From assembly GCF_032191835.1 (NCBI RefSeq), contig NC_083227.1:27714001-27778000 (forward strand): a stretch of DNA of 64,000 bases, given 5' to 3'. A program made the translations under genes and the position numbers. Positions 45,152 to 58,077 of the stretch are shown here, piece by piece; position 1 is the stretch's first letter; each line of letters starts with the position of its first letter. The stretch is from Heteronotia binoei. Taxonomy: Eukaryota. The notes beneath the pieces are model-generated. The model worked only from the letters and a program-made list of their open reading frames with translations, made no database searches and was not told where the DNA came from.

Positions 45152-45428
45152 AAGAAGAAGAAAACCGTAGATTTATATTCCACCCTTCTCTCTGAATCAG
45201 AGTCTCAAAGTGGCTTACAACGTCCTTTATCTTCTTTCCCCACAACAGACACCCTGTGAGGTAGGTGAGGCTGAGAAAGCTCTGACAGAAGCTGCCCTTT
45301 CAAGGACAACTCTGTGAGAGCTATGGCTGACTCAAGGCCATTCCAGCAGCTGCAAGCAGAGGAGTGGGGAATCAAATCCAGTTCTCCAAGATAAGATTCG
45401 ACACACTTAACCACTACACCAAACTGGT
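45152..45428 (-). mobile_element. Squam3-like SINE (more diverged)
   Basis: Same architecture with more substitutions. Confidence 0.8.
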
Positions 45429-45570
45429 AGCATATGAAGCCTCTTTTCTCTGTGGAGAAAAAGGTTCCAAATCACAAAGACAAACAGGAATGGCTCCTTC
45501 CAGCCCTGCAGGAGGAAAAGGAGGCACCAAACTTCGCTTCACGTGACTCCACAGTAGATCCATCCCTTAC

Positions 45571-45653
45571 CTGAGTGGGCTGCATCTTAAATGTTTCCAC
45601 TCCACCTCAAAGAGGAGATGTCCTGGAATCCAACTGTGATGCTCTCCCACTAC
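45571..45653 (-). CDS. Gene 3 linker/start exon (ATG at 45585)
   Basis: 83 bp with canonical splice sites and an in-frame TGA upstream of ATG CAG CCC ACT CAG. Predicted protein 454 aa. Confidence 0.8.
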
Positions 45654-47108
45654 CTGTAGGGAGACACGTGTATCTTGAATGGTTTATTTCATTTAGACCC
45701 CCTCTTTTTCTCCTCAAAGGGGGCCAAAAGTGGTTTACGTTGTTTTCCTCGTCTCCGCTCTCCTCAGACAAAGGTAGGTCAGTCAGAGGTAGGTCAGACA
45801 GAGACCATGCAACTGACCCAAAACCAGCCAGGACCCTTCTGTGGCCGAGTGGACATTTGAACCTCCTGGATCCTAGTCAGAGACTCTGTCCACGAAACCA
45901 CATTGGATCTGATAGCTCAGGGAAATTCTTAAAATCCCTTTGTTTTAAATGGGGGGATATTTCTACTCTCCCAGTTTGCCTTCCTCCACCCCCTAATAGG
46001 GCACTTGTAAGCAGCTTCTATTGTTCTCATTTTATCCTCACAGCATATCTGTAAAATAGGGTAAATTGAGTGTGCCTAAGCAGCCCAAGCTTCCAGGGTA
46101 GAGAGGCGAGTCAAACATCGCTCTCCCATTCCCAGATCACTTCCCCAGCTTTTGACCTTCTCAGGGAGGGAAGGAAGGAAAACAATCCTTCATTGAATTG
46201 CTCCTGATTTTAATTCTCCCTCATCCTATTTCTCTTTCTCTCTTGCCTTAATTGCTCCTCCTCCCAGAAACAACACCCCCTTCGCCCCACCCCCGCGCTC
46301 CCAATTGCACCTGAAAACTCTCCGCTTCCAACCAGACCTTCTAAACGAACATCGCAAAGTTCCTGCACAAAGAGTTCCTCTGCACGTGGGAAACAGGGAA
46401 GCCGGAGGGTGCATTTGCTATTCATACCTCCAACCCCCTTCCCCCGCCCCTTCCTCTCCAAGGATCTCGATTTTGCTTGTTTTAACCCTTGGAGCACCCA
46501 AAAGCTCTGCCTCTTACGGAAGGATGAGCCAAATCAGAATTGAATCCTGGGCTGGGAAGCGGCTTTTTTGGAAGAGACCAGCAAGGAGGAGCGGGAAAAG
46601 AACCTCGGATTTCCCCAGGCAGGCTACCAGCAGCCACCTCCCCACAACTGCAAAAATCTGGCAGAAAATGCATTTGGCGGGAAAGGGATTTGCAATACCA
46701 GGAGGGGGAGGGAAAGAGCAAGAGAGGGGCAGAGGCGGATTTTATTTTTTTCGGGTTCAGAACAATCTTGCAGCATGCGCTGCCCACCCCCCTCCCCGGC
46801 ACATTCCTCCTCCCAGATAATCACATGAGCCGTGAAAAAAAGTTCACTCTTGAGTCTGAAATTACTCATCCATATGTTGCATGGGTGAAAATTTGCCTGC
46901 CTTTGCTAGTTGGGTGGGTATAACAACAACACCCGACTGAGATTCCACGCGTTTGCTAACCATCTTGCAACTGGCTTGGTCGCTAAAAAGAGATTCTCCT
47001 GCCCATCTCTTGATTTTTGAACAAAATGCTCACTTACCAACGCAGCTACAAACGTTAGACCCATGAACTTTAAAACTTTATTTTTCCAGTCTTTTTCATT
47101 TCACTTAC

Positions 47109-47247
47109 ATAGATATTGGAGCCTGCGATTCCCGCCAGACGAAACCGCCACACTTGCTCCAGCGCACTTCCGGAGCTTTGCTTTCCCTTTCCCACTGGGT
47201 ATCCCCTCCCCCCCGCCCATGCACAAGGAACTCTGGGAGTTGTAGTC
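47109..47247 (-). promoter_or_regulatory. Gene 3 putative promoter and non-coding first exon
   Basis: Donor |gtaagtga at 47109/47108 and GACTACAACTCCCAG at 47233-47247. Confidence 0.65.
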
Positions 47248-47447
47248 CCTCGTTTGTGTGACGCTCTCTTTTGTCTCTGGCCTCCCAGGTTAAGCTACTC
47301 ACTCAGGTATCCGTTCCCAGCTCCATTCAGCAGACTCAAAACAAGCTGGCTCAAAATATCAGCTGTTTATTTTGCAAGAAGACAACTTCAACTTCAGCCA
47401 ACATACAAAACTGGAAACTGAAACTAGAGCTCCTCCCCATGGGATAT

Positions 47448-47650
47448 GAACATATGAAGCTGCCTTATGTTGAATCAGACCCTCGGTCCATCAAGTCAGT
47501 ATTGTCTACTCAGACTGAAAGTGGCTCTCCAGGGTCTCAAGCTGAGGTTTTCACACCTATTTGCCTGGACCCTTTTTAGTTGGAGAAACCAGGGATTGAA
47601 CCTGGGACCTTCTGCTTACTAAGCAGATGCTCTGCCACTGACTCACCGTC
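47448..47650 (-). mobile_element. tRNA-headed SINE with CR1-like tail
   Basis: Head gggattgaacctgggaccttctgc...ctctgccactga is a reverse-strand tRNA-like sequence; tail aacatatgaagctgcctt. Related heads occur at ~4460, ~26060, ~60870 and ~61345. Confidence 0.65.
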
Positions 47651-48207
47651 CCTCCCCCTTAAACCAAACCACACAAATACCAGAGGAGGAGCAGACTGTT
47701 CCAATTACATACAAATATGTATGCCACAAATATACCCACAGTGTAGAATGGTACATTGGAATGTATTTCTCTGGCCCGCCGCCCGGGAACTGGGGAAATC
47801 ACTCTGCAAAGCCAAGACCCCCTACTTCAAAAAATAACATGGCCTCCATGCTGAGAGGGGATGGAGTATAATGGCAGGGTCTCAATTAATCTCTGCACTC
47901 CATAATTAAAGATACATCTATCCATCAACCACCAAGCTTTGATATATTTTTTTCACTATATCTTATCCCAGACTTAAACCCAAACAAATGGTAACCATAT
48001 AAACTAAGCTTTTTGTTCCTGTTTGGCTCTACAATCTGTTAAAACATCTCATTATGCTGCATGCTAATTTCCTGCTCATCCTCTATTTATGTGTATGGAC
48101 CAGTGTTCCTGCTAAGCTGAGTTTAAGTGAGCTAGCTCACAATTTTTAAGCCTCTGGTTCACACATTTTGTCTTAGTTCAGGAAAAATGGCCCCAGAGCA
48201 AACTAGT

Positions 48208-49195
48208 TAACATAAGAGAAGCCATGTTAGATCAGGCCAATGGCCCATCCAGTCCAACACTNNNNNNNNNNNNNNNNNNNNNNNNNNNNNNNNNNNNNNN
48301 NNNNNNNNNNNNNNNNNNNNNNNNNNNNNNNNNNNNNNNNNNNNNNNNNNNNNNNNNNNNNNNNNNNNNNNNNNNNNNNNNNNNNNNNNNNNNNNNNNNN
48401 NNNNNNNNNNNNNNNNNNNNNNNNNNNNNNNNNCTCTGCTCCATATTTTTATCTAAACCCCTCTTGAAGGTGGCTATACTTGTGGCCGCCACCACCTCCT
48501 GTGGCAGTGAATTCCACATGTTAATCACCCTTTGGGTGAAGAAGTACTTCCTTTTATCCATTTTAACCTGTCTGCTCAGCAATTTCATCAAATGCCCATG
48601 AGTTCTTGTATCGTGAGAAAGGGAGAAAAGTACCTCTTTCTCTACTTTTTCCATCCCATGCATTATCTTGTAAACCTCTATCATGTCACCCCGCAGTCGA
48701 CGTTTCTCCAAGCTAAAGAGCCCTAAGCGTTTCAACCTTTCTTCATAGGGAAAGTGTTCCAGCCCTTTAATCATTCTAGTTGCCCTTTTCTGCACTTTCT
48801 CCAATGCTATAATATCCTTTTTGAGGTGCGGCGACCAGAACTGCACACAGGACTCCAAATGAGACCGCACCATCGATTTATACAGGGGCATTATGATACT
48901 GGCTGATTTGTTTTCAATTCCCTTCCTAATAATTCCCAGCATGGCGTTGGCCTTTTTTATTGCAAGTGCACACTGTCTTGACATTTTCAGTGAGTTATCT
49001 ACCACGACCCCAAGATCTCTCTCTTGGTCAGTCTCTACCAGTTCACACCCCATCAACTTGTATTTGTAGCTGGGATTCTTGGCCCCAATGTGCATTACTT
49101 TGCGCTTGGCCACACTGAACCTCATCTGCCACGTTGACGCCCACTCACCCAGCCTCAACAGATCCCTTTGGAGCGCCTCACAATCCTCTCTGTTT
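48208..49195 (-). mobile_element. 5'-truncated CR1 LINE
   Basis: ORF 48232-49206 is the CR1 ORF2 C-terminus (YKSMVRSHLESCVQFWSPHLKKD...LFSLEKRRLRGD). It is closely similar to the 13945 copy. Contains the gap 48262-48433. Confidence 0.92.
48262..48433. other. Assembly gap (N run)
   Basis: 172 Ns at the same CR1 3'UTR position as the 14030 gap. Confidence 1.
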
Positions 49196-50114
49196 CTCAG
49201 ATGCACTCAAGAGTTATTTAACTGCGCTTCGTTTCTTGGAGAGAAGGCCAAAGGCTGTGTTCAGAAGGCTGCTTGAGACTGTTGCTATACTAGGGCTACT
49301 AATATCCTCAGATGGGCTATGGATGCCAATCTCCAGGTTTCCCTAGAATTTCGGCTCATCTGCAGACTAGAGATCCATTCCTAGGGACAAAATGGGGGCT
49401 TTGGAGGGTAGACTCTATGGCATTGTACCCCATTGATTTCCCTGTCCTTTCCGGGGGGTCTATCCCCAAATCTACAGGAGTATCCTATCCTGGATCTGCA
49501 ACCCTACCTCCCACATACCCTGATAGTGGCTAGGGCAAACCAGGCAATCCTAAGGTGGGGTGTGGAAATCTCCTGGAACTACAACCGATCAGCACACTGC
49601 AGAGATCAATTGTCCAGGAAAGCAGGGTTCCTTTGGAGGGGCGACTCCAGGGCATGACACCTAGTTGAGATCCCCACCCTCCACCAAATCTCATCATCTT
49701 CAGCCCCCTCCCCTCACAAAAAAAATCACCACAGATTTCTCTATCTGGGATTTGGCATCTGTAGCTCTCAAGTAGTGCTTCTGATCTCACTAGTCATCTG
49801 GACAATAGATGCCTAGATAAAGGGATGTAGAATTCTGTAAACAGCTATAAACATCCTAAGACCTGATCTACAATGCCCCCTCTCAATAATAATAATAATT
49901 ATTATTAATAATGTATGGTTGCCAGGTCAGTGTTGGAAAATACTTGGAGACTTTGTGGGTGGAGCCGGGAAAGGGCAGGGTTTGGGGAAGGGAGGGGCCT
50001 CAGCATGGTCCAGTGCCACAGTGTCCACCCTTCCCAGCAGCCATTTCCTCCCGGGGAGCTGATCTCTGCCAGCTGGAGATCAGTTGGAAAGGTGGGAGAT
50101 CTCCAGGCTCCACC

Positions 50115-50274
50115 TGAATCATAGAGTTGGAAGGGACCTCCAGGGTCATCTAGTCCAACCCCCTGCTCAAAGCAGGAAACTCACAAATACCTCCCCCCAA
50201 ATTCACAGGATCTGCATTGTTGTCAGATGGCCATCTAACCTCTGTTTAAAAACCTCCAAGGAAGGAGAACCCAT
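50115..50274 (-). mobile_element. CR1 3' fragment (second subfamily)
   Basis: gaatcatagagttggaagggacctccagggtcatctagtccaacccc, same family as 55220-55663 and 62583-63140. Confidence 0.85.
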
Positions 50275-53200
50275 TGTTAAGCCAATTGCCCTAAAAATAG
50301 CGTTCTGGGGAATTTAGATTGGTGGGCAATCAGCCTTTCAGTGAGATCAAAAACCTATTCATACAGAAGGTGTCTTCTTTGAGAATTACCCTCTTAATAA
50401 CGAGGAGACTTGGTCTAATAATAATAAGGGGTTTTATTATGAACTACAAGCAAACATACAAGAGTATAAACTCATCCAACATACATACATGTCTAAGAAA
50501 AATAGGATTGAAATAGACAGAAGTAAACATATGGGTAGACAAACAGGGTGATAATTACCTAGCGTAGTCTTTGAGGAAGGCTCCAATGGCGACGAAAAAG
50601 GGAATGGGGGAGATGGCCCTCAACTGATCAGATATCGGGGGTGTATCTAAACAGCAGGGTAGGGGTACTGTCAGAGACACACGTGTGGGGAGTTGGATCA
50701 GAGGTTATAAGGACTACCTTGAACCCTTAGGGGGTAGAAGATCGAGCAGATTATGAAACAGGGTCACATGGGACATGATGCTGTACCACATGGTACATTA
50801 CCTCAGAAAAGGGGAGGCTCCATAAGTGACCGTTTTGGGCAAGGAATGAGTGAGTCCTGGGTAGAGGGGATTAACATAATCCACTCAAATTTATCTAAAA
50901 AGGACAATAGAGAGTCGAATTGAAACCTAAGGTGACACCCAATCTATACAATGGCTCTGGTCTTGGAATACAGCTCCTCTTCCTCTTCTGGCTGGAACCT
51001 TTCTTTATCAAGAGTTCCGCTTGACAAAGACTTGGGCAATTGGACAGAATGCACACCCAAGATATGCTTGATTGCCTTATGCAGATCTTTGCAACAGCTG
51101 TGGTGTACGTGGGCCTCTTGCTTCTCTGTCATGGAGTCTGGCACCGCAGGAAGATGGTCGCTGGTGATGTTAAGACTACCAACGTGGCTTTCATGGAAAA
51201 GGATGGAAACCGCTTGCCTGGGCAGTTCCTGACAGCGCAATTTCTTCCATTGCAACAGCTGAGATGGTGCACGCACGGAGCTGCTGGGAGCTGGTCTCCA
51301 CTACTGGCTAGCACACTTCCAGAGATATAGAGTGCCGTCATAACACTGAGGCTGTTAGTATCCATATAAGTCTCTTAGGAAACGTTGGTACACCCATGTT
51401 TCAGAACAGATATGTGAGAGCTGCCTCTCCAGGCATCCTGGCAACCAAACCAGTGATCACGATGTCCGTATAAATGAATAATAGGGGGCTCTCCATCACA
51501 GTGCCCCCCCTTCAAGACTTCCTTCACTGGATGGAGATGGGGTCTTGACTTATCACAGGGTTCATAGCTGGTCTTGACAGGTGACGTGTTCGTTAAGAAC
51601 CAGGCTTTAATCGGGGTGCCCCTCCTAACTAAAACATGGAGCCAATAAGCCAAACTATTCAAAACTGCAATTAAAAAAATTCAGTATCCAATGGGCCAAA
51701 GGCTACTTCCTCAAAGGCTAGGACGTGGGGACAATTAATATTAGCTACATTGTTCCATATTCATCATATTTGACACATGGCTGCAACTTCATAATCAGTG
51801 GTATATAAAAGGGTAATATTTTATAAAGTCATTGCTATCATTCAGATGAGATAAATCACAGTAATTGATTGGAAAAATACATAAATATATCTGAATTCAT
51901 GGTTACAAGTCAAACTCACATTATCTACCTACAACTAAACTAATAAATTTGTTTCTTATTCGCTATTTAACCTTGAGTCTTCTTTTCTTCTCTCCCGCCC
52001 CCCGCCCCCCGATAAGCTTCTTGTGCTGAGGGCCGGGGAGGCACTGCTCCAGTACCTCTATTATGTAGGTGCATTTCCTGGTGGAGGGAGAGAGAGAGGA
52101 TGCCTGGTGGCATTCATTATTCTTCCCACCCCCCTTGTATCTAGAATGTCCAGGTTTGAAGCTAAGTCTCAACGCGGAAACTCCCGATGCCTCCCGAATA
52201 AGATCAGGTTTCTCCGCCTCCCTTAGTTCTGGCTTCACATAGCACAGCCAGACCCAAATAGAGGGAGACCTCAATCTGTATATGCAAACTGGCGATCGCA
52301 AAGGCTTCTGGGAAAGATATTTGGATCACTATCTTGCCTAACATGCTTTAATCCAACCCATCCAACCTTAAATACAGTAAGTTTTCTCTTGACCCAGACT
52401 CTAAGGTTCTATTTTACAGTGACTGGATCTTATACACTATGTCCTTAAGGTATGTCTGCTCGCATGCCTTGAGAGCTGTTATTGCAGGTGATCATGCTTC
52501 CTGGAAGAAGATGGCCACCGGGTTGACCCTCCGAACCAGGGAGCCTGCACATGCACGGTGCCCCTCCCCCGGCAATGGGTTTGGAGAAGCCAGCCTAGTG
52601 TGCCTCCTCCCCTTTTTAATCTAGAGCCTTTGTGGCTCTGAGGGGCCTGGTGTCAGCCTGGCTCCTTTTTAGGGCCTGCTTGGAGTCCTTCACTGGTCGG
52701 GGGACTTCCACTATACAAAGTCAAAAACAGAACGATCCATGCTCATACACAATCAGTACAGCTTGCCACTCACTCTGGGGTCTGTCCTCCAACAAGCCTT
52801 TCTCTTACTTGAAGTGGGAGGGGCTCTTACAGTCTTGTACCACACAACCTATTATACGTGTTCAAGCTTTCTTCGGGTTTGGTCAGCCCTACTTGGAGCG
52901 TGGGCTGAATTATGCACATTGATCCGATTGCTTGCAATGAATGATGGTAAAACATATTTATTAACAATATTTTAAAAACACAGCCATAAACAGTTGCTGC
53001 CTCAATCCTTAAAAGCATTTGTACCCAATTGACCTACTGTGCTCTGATGCCTGTCGTTTACTCTGGGCACATTTGGACACTTAAACCTGACAATGGATCA
53101 GACTGGATGGGCTGCTGGACGAGACGCCCATGCTAAGGCTATCTTCTCCGAACCCACTGGGAAGTGCAGGGGCACGCCCCTCGTTTCTGCCATTGATGGT

Positions 53201-53975
53201 CTGGTTCTGGCCTCCCTCGGGGTCCTGATACAGGTTCAGACTCCCCGGTTCGGCTGATAGACTACCTCAAAGCCAGCCCTCTCAGGGCTGGCCCACCTTT
53301 TCCTTGTAAAGGAATAGGCTTAAAAATACATATACAGTCATGTCCAATTCTCAAATTATTATTGTAGCGCTATCTCCCGCCCAGGAGATGGCAACTGTTG
53401 ACTGGACACATCACATATCTGACGTACTAAGCGTTGCCTCAGGTTGGCGGCTGAGGCGGCATATTGGAGAAGGAGGAGGGAATATGCAAATCACTTTCCT
53501 ACTGAAATGGAAATTCCAAGCCTATGTTTGTATCGGCCTCACCAGAAAACCCACAACATATTGATACTGGCAAAACATAATTCACAGTAACATTTTAGTG
53601 GTGGATTGGGGAACACACAGCAGCGCTTAGTCGCTGTAACTGATAAGCACTCTCCATCGCGTGGCCCGGCTTGGCTGTGATGGGCCCAACCATTCTTCTC
53701 CCTCCATTTTCCATCTCTCTCTGCATCCGGGACTTGGGCTGAGGCATGTACAGAGTGTGCAAATGCAAATGCCCTGAGCCCGAGGTCGTCTGGGGGCAAT
53801 AATTAGGACATTAATCAAACAAAACAGTCGTGTTTGTGGCTTGAAGACCAAAAGAGACATTTAATTGTCGGAAAAGAAAATGGAAGACCTGATTTGCAAG
53901 AAAACAATGACTCTGCCGGCCTAGTTTTAACCAAAAGGCTAGGTGGCGGAAAAAGGATGTGCTGAAAATAATGCC
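50275..53975 (-). mobile_element. Unassigned ~3.7-kb insert, possibly an ERV/LTR element remnant (candidate LTR 50275-50937)
   Basis: Non-paralogous, SINE-free block. The left ~660 bp reads TGTCACC...TTAACA on the minus strand, with a TATA-like site near 50707 and AATAAA near 50433. No second LTR or recognisable ORF. Confidence 0.35.
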
Positions 53976-54357
53976 AGGTAGCAGAGATATGAACTTTATA
54001 AAGACAAGAACAATTAAGAGATTTTTAAAAACTTAAAACTTGCTTAAAAAATTAGCACTTGTTGGTCCTAATGGTGCTTTCTTTGCATCTCTCCTGTGAG
54101 ATCCAGGGAACTGGGCATAAGCTGCTCTGGCTCTTTCCTTCCTTCCCCAGGGGACCAGGAGGGGGAGGAGTCTCAGCCAATAGGCTTAGCTCAGTAGCTC
54201 TGCTGTGTGATTGAGCAAGCCGGGCAGAGTTAGCTGTGATGCAGAAGGAAGCAAGAGAGAGGGAGAAGGAAGCAGATGGCAGCCAGATGCTTGGGGGCCT
54301 AATAGGAGCCCACCTGGGGCCTGATTCAGCCCCTGGGCCACATGTTTGACATTCCTG
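53975..54357. mobile_element. Partial hAT-Charlie-type MITE (inverted)
   Basis: Reverse-complement match to 26836-27444, ending gtttgacattcctg. Confidence 0.75.
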
Positions 54358-54483
54358 GATTACTGCATTTGAACTGCAGGTGGAAAACAACCAAGAATTT
54401 TCCTGTGATCTCTGGTGGTAAAACAGCCTGCCAAGAGGGCCACACTCTAGGAATCTCTGCTGCCTAGTCTCTATGATGTAGCC

Positions 54484-55066
54484 CAGGGGAGTCAAACATG
54501 CAGTTTGGGGGCCAAATCAGGCCCCCGGAGGGCTCCTATCAGGCCCCCAAACAACTGGACCCCTTCTCCCTATATCTTGCTTTGCAAGGCTTGCTCATCA
54601 ATTGCACAGGAGCTACAGAGGAGCACAGGAGCTACAGAGCAAAGTCTCTATATTCTCCATTGGCTGAGGCAATGGGTAGGAAGGGGCCGGGGAGGATACC
54701 TTACTTTGCCAGGATCTCTCAATTGCACAGCAGAGCTACTGAGCCAAGCCTCTCTTCCTTCTATTGGCTGAGTCTCCTCCCCCTCCTGATTCCCTGGGAA
54801 AGGAAGGAAAGAGCCAGAGTTTCCTTTGCCCAATTCCCTAGATCCCATGGGAGAAATACAAAGAAAGCCAATGAGTGCTAACGGTTTAAACATGTTTTTA
54901 GTTTAAAAAAAAAATTGTGTTTGTGTTCTTTGTAAAATTTCTCTTTCTGCTACCTGTACACACATGGCCCAGCCTGACATGGCTCAGCCCAACCTGACAT
55001 GGCCTGGCCCAACAATGTCATTTTTGTCAGATTCGGCCCTCATAACAAATGAGTTTGACACTCCTG
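54484..55066. mobile_element. hAT-Charlie-type MITE
   Basis: TIRs CAGGGGAGTCAAAC/GTTTGACACTCCTG. Same family as 26836-27444. Confidence 0.85.
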
Positions 55067-55219
55067 CTCTAGGCTGATCCTGCACTGAATAGGGGGTTTG
55101 GACAGATGGCCTGTATGGCCCCTTCCAACTCTATGATTCTACAATATAACTTGGGGCTTCTGTGACATATTTGACATCTGTAAAGCTTGTTGTATTTCAA
55201 AAACTCCTAGTCTGATCAT

Positions 55220-55663
55220 GGTGGTGGTGAGGGGTCCGGAGACCAAATCCTACAAGGAAAGGTTGAAGAAGCTGGGCTTGTTTAGCCTGGAGAGGCGGCA
55301 GAGAGGTGATATGATCACCATCTTCAAGGACTTGAAGGGCTGTCATTATAGAGGATGGTGTGGAATTGTTTTCTGTGGTCCCAGAAGGTAGGACCAGAAC
55401 CAATGGGTTGAAATTTAATCAAGAGAGTTTCTGGCTCAACTTTAGGAAGCACTTCCTGACGATTACAGCAGTTTCTCAGTGGAACAGGCTTCCTCAGGAG
55501 GTGATGGGCTCTCCTTCCTTGGGAGGTTTTTGAACAGAGGCTGGATGGCCGACAGTAATGAAGATCCTGTGAATTTAGGGGGAGGTATTTGTGAATTTCC
55601 TGCATTGTGCAGGGGGTTGGACTAGATGACCCTGGAGATCCCTTCCAACTTTATGATTCTATG
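55220..55663 (+). mobile_element. CR1 3' fragment overlapping the stop codon of gene 4
   Basis: CR1 ORF2 end (ggcttgtttagcctggagagg...) through the terminal ccttccaactttatgattctatg. The flanks rejoin to the paralog consensus gatcat-t-tctatg. Confidence 0.9.
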
Positions 55664-57397
55664 TCTGTGATTCCTCCTCTTTGTGCATTCTTTGATGTTG
55701 TATCAGATACCATCTCTGTACAAATCTTTTCCCACAGTCCCTGCATTCATGTTTTTTCTCTTCACTGTGGACTATGTGGTGTTTTGTGAGCTGTGACTTG
55801 GTGGCGAATTTCTTTCCACACTGCAAGCATTTAAATGGCTTCACTCCTGTGTGGATACTTCGATGTATATTAAGGCTTGTGCTGTGACTGAACCTTCTCC
55901 CACAATCCAGGCATTCATATGGCTTCTCCCCTGAGTGGATTCTTTCATGTGATTTAAGGTGTGTAGAGATACGGAAACTCTTTCCACACTCCAAGCATTT
56001 ATATCGCTTTTCTCCTGTGTGGACGCTTTGGTGCACCTTCAGGTGTGAACTCTGACTGAAGCCTTTCCCACATTCCTGGCATTTAAAGGGTTTCTCTCCA
56101 GAGTGGATTCTTCGGTGGGAAGAAAGGTGTGGATGCTGAGAGAAGCATTTCCCACACACTGTGCATTCGTAGGGTTTCTCCCCTGAGTGAGTTCTCTTAT
56201 GTAAAGTGAGGGATGAGGTCCAACTGAAGGTCCTTCCACACTCCAGGCACTCATAGGGCTTCTCCTTTGTATGGAATCTCTGATGGGAAGAGAGGGCCGA
56301 ACTGACAGAGAAGCTCTTCCCACAAATCAAGCATTTATATGGTTTCTCCCCTGAGTGGGTTCTCTGGTGTGAAGAGAGGGCTGTGCTCCAACTGAAAGTC
56401 CTTCCACACTCCAGGCACTCATAGGGCTTCTCCTTTGTGTGCAGCCTCTGATGGGAATTGAGGGATGTGCTCCAGTGGAAGCTCTTCCCACATTCCAAGC
56501 ATTGATATCGTTTCTCCCCTGAATGGATTCTCTGATGCATATTCAGAGCACTCTTACAGCTGTACCTCTTGCCACACTCTAAACACTGGCAAAGTTTTTG
56601 CCCTCTGTGCGTTCTTTGGTGTATCTTCAGGCTGGAGCTCTGACTGAAGCCTTTCCCACACTCCTGGCATTTATAAGGTTTTTCCCCAGAGTGGATTCTT
56701 CGGTGGGAAATAAGGTGTGGACTCTGAGAGAAGCATTTCCCACACACTGTGCACTCAAAAGGTTTCTCTCCTGAGTGAGTTCTCTGATGTGAGGTGAGGG
56801 CCGCGCTCCGGCAGAAGCTCTTTCCACATTCCAAACATTTATATTGTCTCTCCTCTGAATGGACTCTCTCATGCAAATTCAGATGACTCCTACAGCTGAA
56901 TCTCTTGCCACACTCTGAACACTGCCATGGTTTTTGCCCTGTGCGGGTTCTTTGATGGGAAGTAAGGTTTTCACTCAGACCCAAAGTATTTTCACATTCT
57001 GAACTCTCGAATGGTCTCTTTCTCTTATGGATTTTCTGATGAGAAGTGAGGCTTGCAAGCCTGCCGAAGCCCTTTCCACATTCAGAGCATCTGTACGTTT
57101 CATCCCCTGCATAGATCCTTGGATGGAAAGAAAAGCTGGATTCACAAACCAAGACTTCTCTGCTTTCAGAATGTTTAGTCCTCCTCTTTCCTTTGCTGTA
57201 TTTTTCTTGAGCTGGATTTTCAAGGGAGATGCCAGCCTGCAAAGCCACAGACTGATTCCCTGACTTCTCTGCTCTGCTTTCTTCCCACCTTTTTGACTGT
57301 TCTGGATTTCTGGAAGGCTTTTCCTCTGCTTCGTGGTTGGTCATTAGGAAAGAGACCACACACTGCTTGCTATAATTTTCCTCATCCTGCCTGTGAC
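55659..57397 (-). CDS. Gene 4 zinc-finger exon (16 intact fingers)
   Basis: ORF 55659-57359. Acceptor ttcctccag|GT at 57398/57397, phase 1 and in frame. Confidence 0.96.
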
Positions 57398-58077
57398 CTG
57401 GAGGAAGAAAACCCCTGATTAGTAGGGGAAATAAGCCTGTAATCTGCAGTCATAACAGAGCTAACTTTTCTGCAAATTTAGGAAAGGCCGAGTTATTTTC
57501 TCCATTTTAGTGTGGTTTCTAAACTGGCAGTGAGGTACAGGCAATTTTGTTGCATCTGATCCATGATTTTCATCTGAAGGGTGAACTGCTTCCCTGCCAA
57601 GACTTTTAATATTTCCCAGCAACTTTTGACACAGCAGCCCGATAATATTCAAGCATAAAGGAACAAAATGTATTTAGACTAAAGGGTTTCATAGGAGTGG
57701 TTTCACTTATTTATTTTTTCTTAACATGAACCACTCACAAGGTATTGCAGAAGACATGTTTATCAGAGAGCAGAGTTCAACAGCATAGATGTCACCACAT
57801 GCAGGGTTGAGGGCAGAGTTCCACAGGGGCTGGTATTCATCTTTAAAGACCTCTGTGGTTGGGGACCAAAAGCCCCAAGAACTTCCACTGACTTATCAAC
57901 CCACCTGACCACTATGGACATCTCTGAATGCTCTACTTCAAGGGTCCCGCCCTCTGAGGTAAGGCAGTGGCAATCCAGGAAAGGGTCTTCTCAGTTGTGG
58001 CACCAGAATTCTGGAACTTTCTGCCTGGAGAGACTCTCCCCTGTCCATTTCTGATAACTTTTTTCATCAATGGGTTA

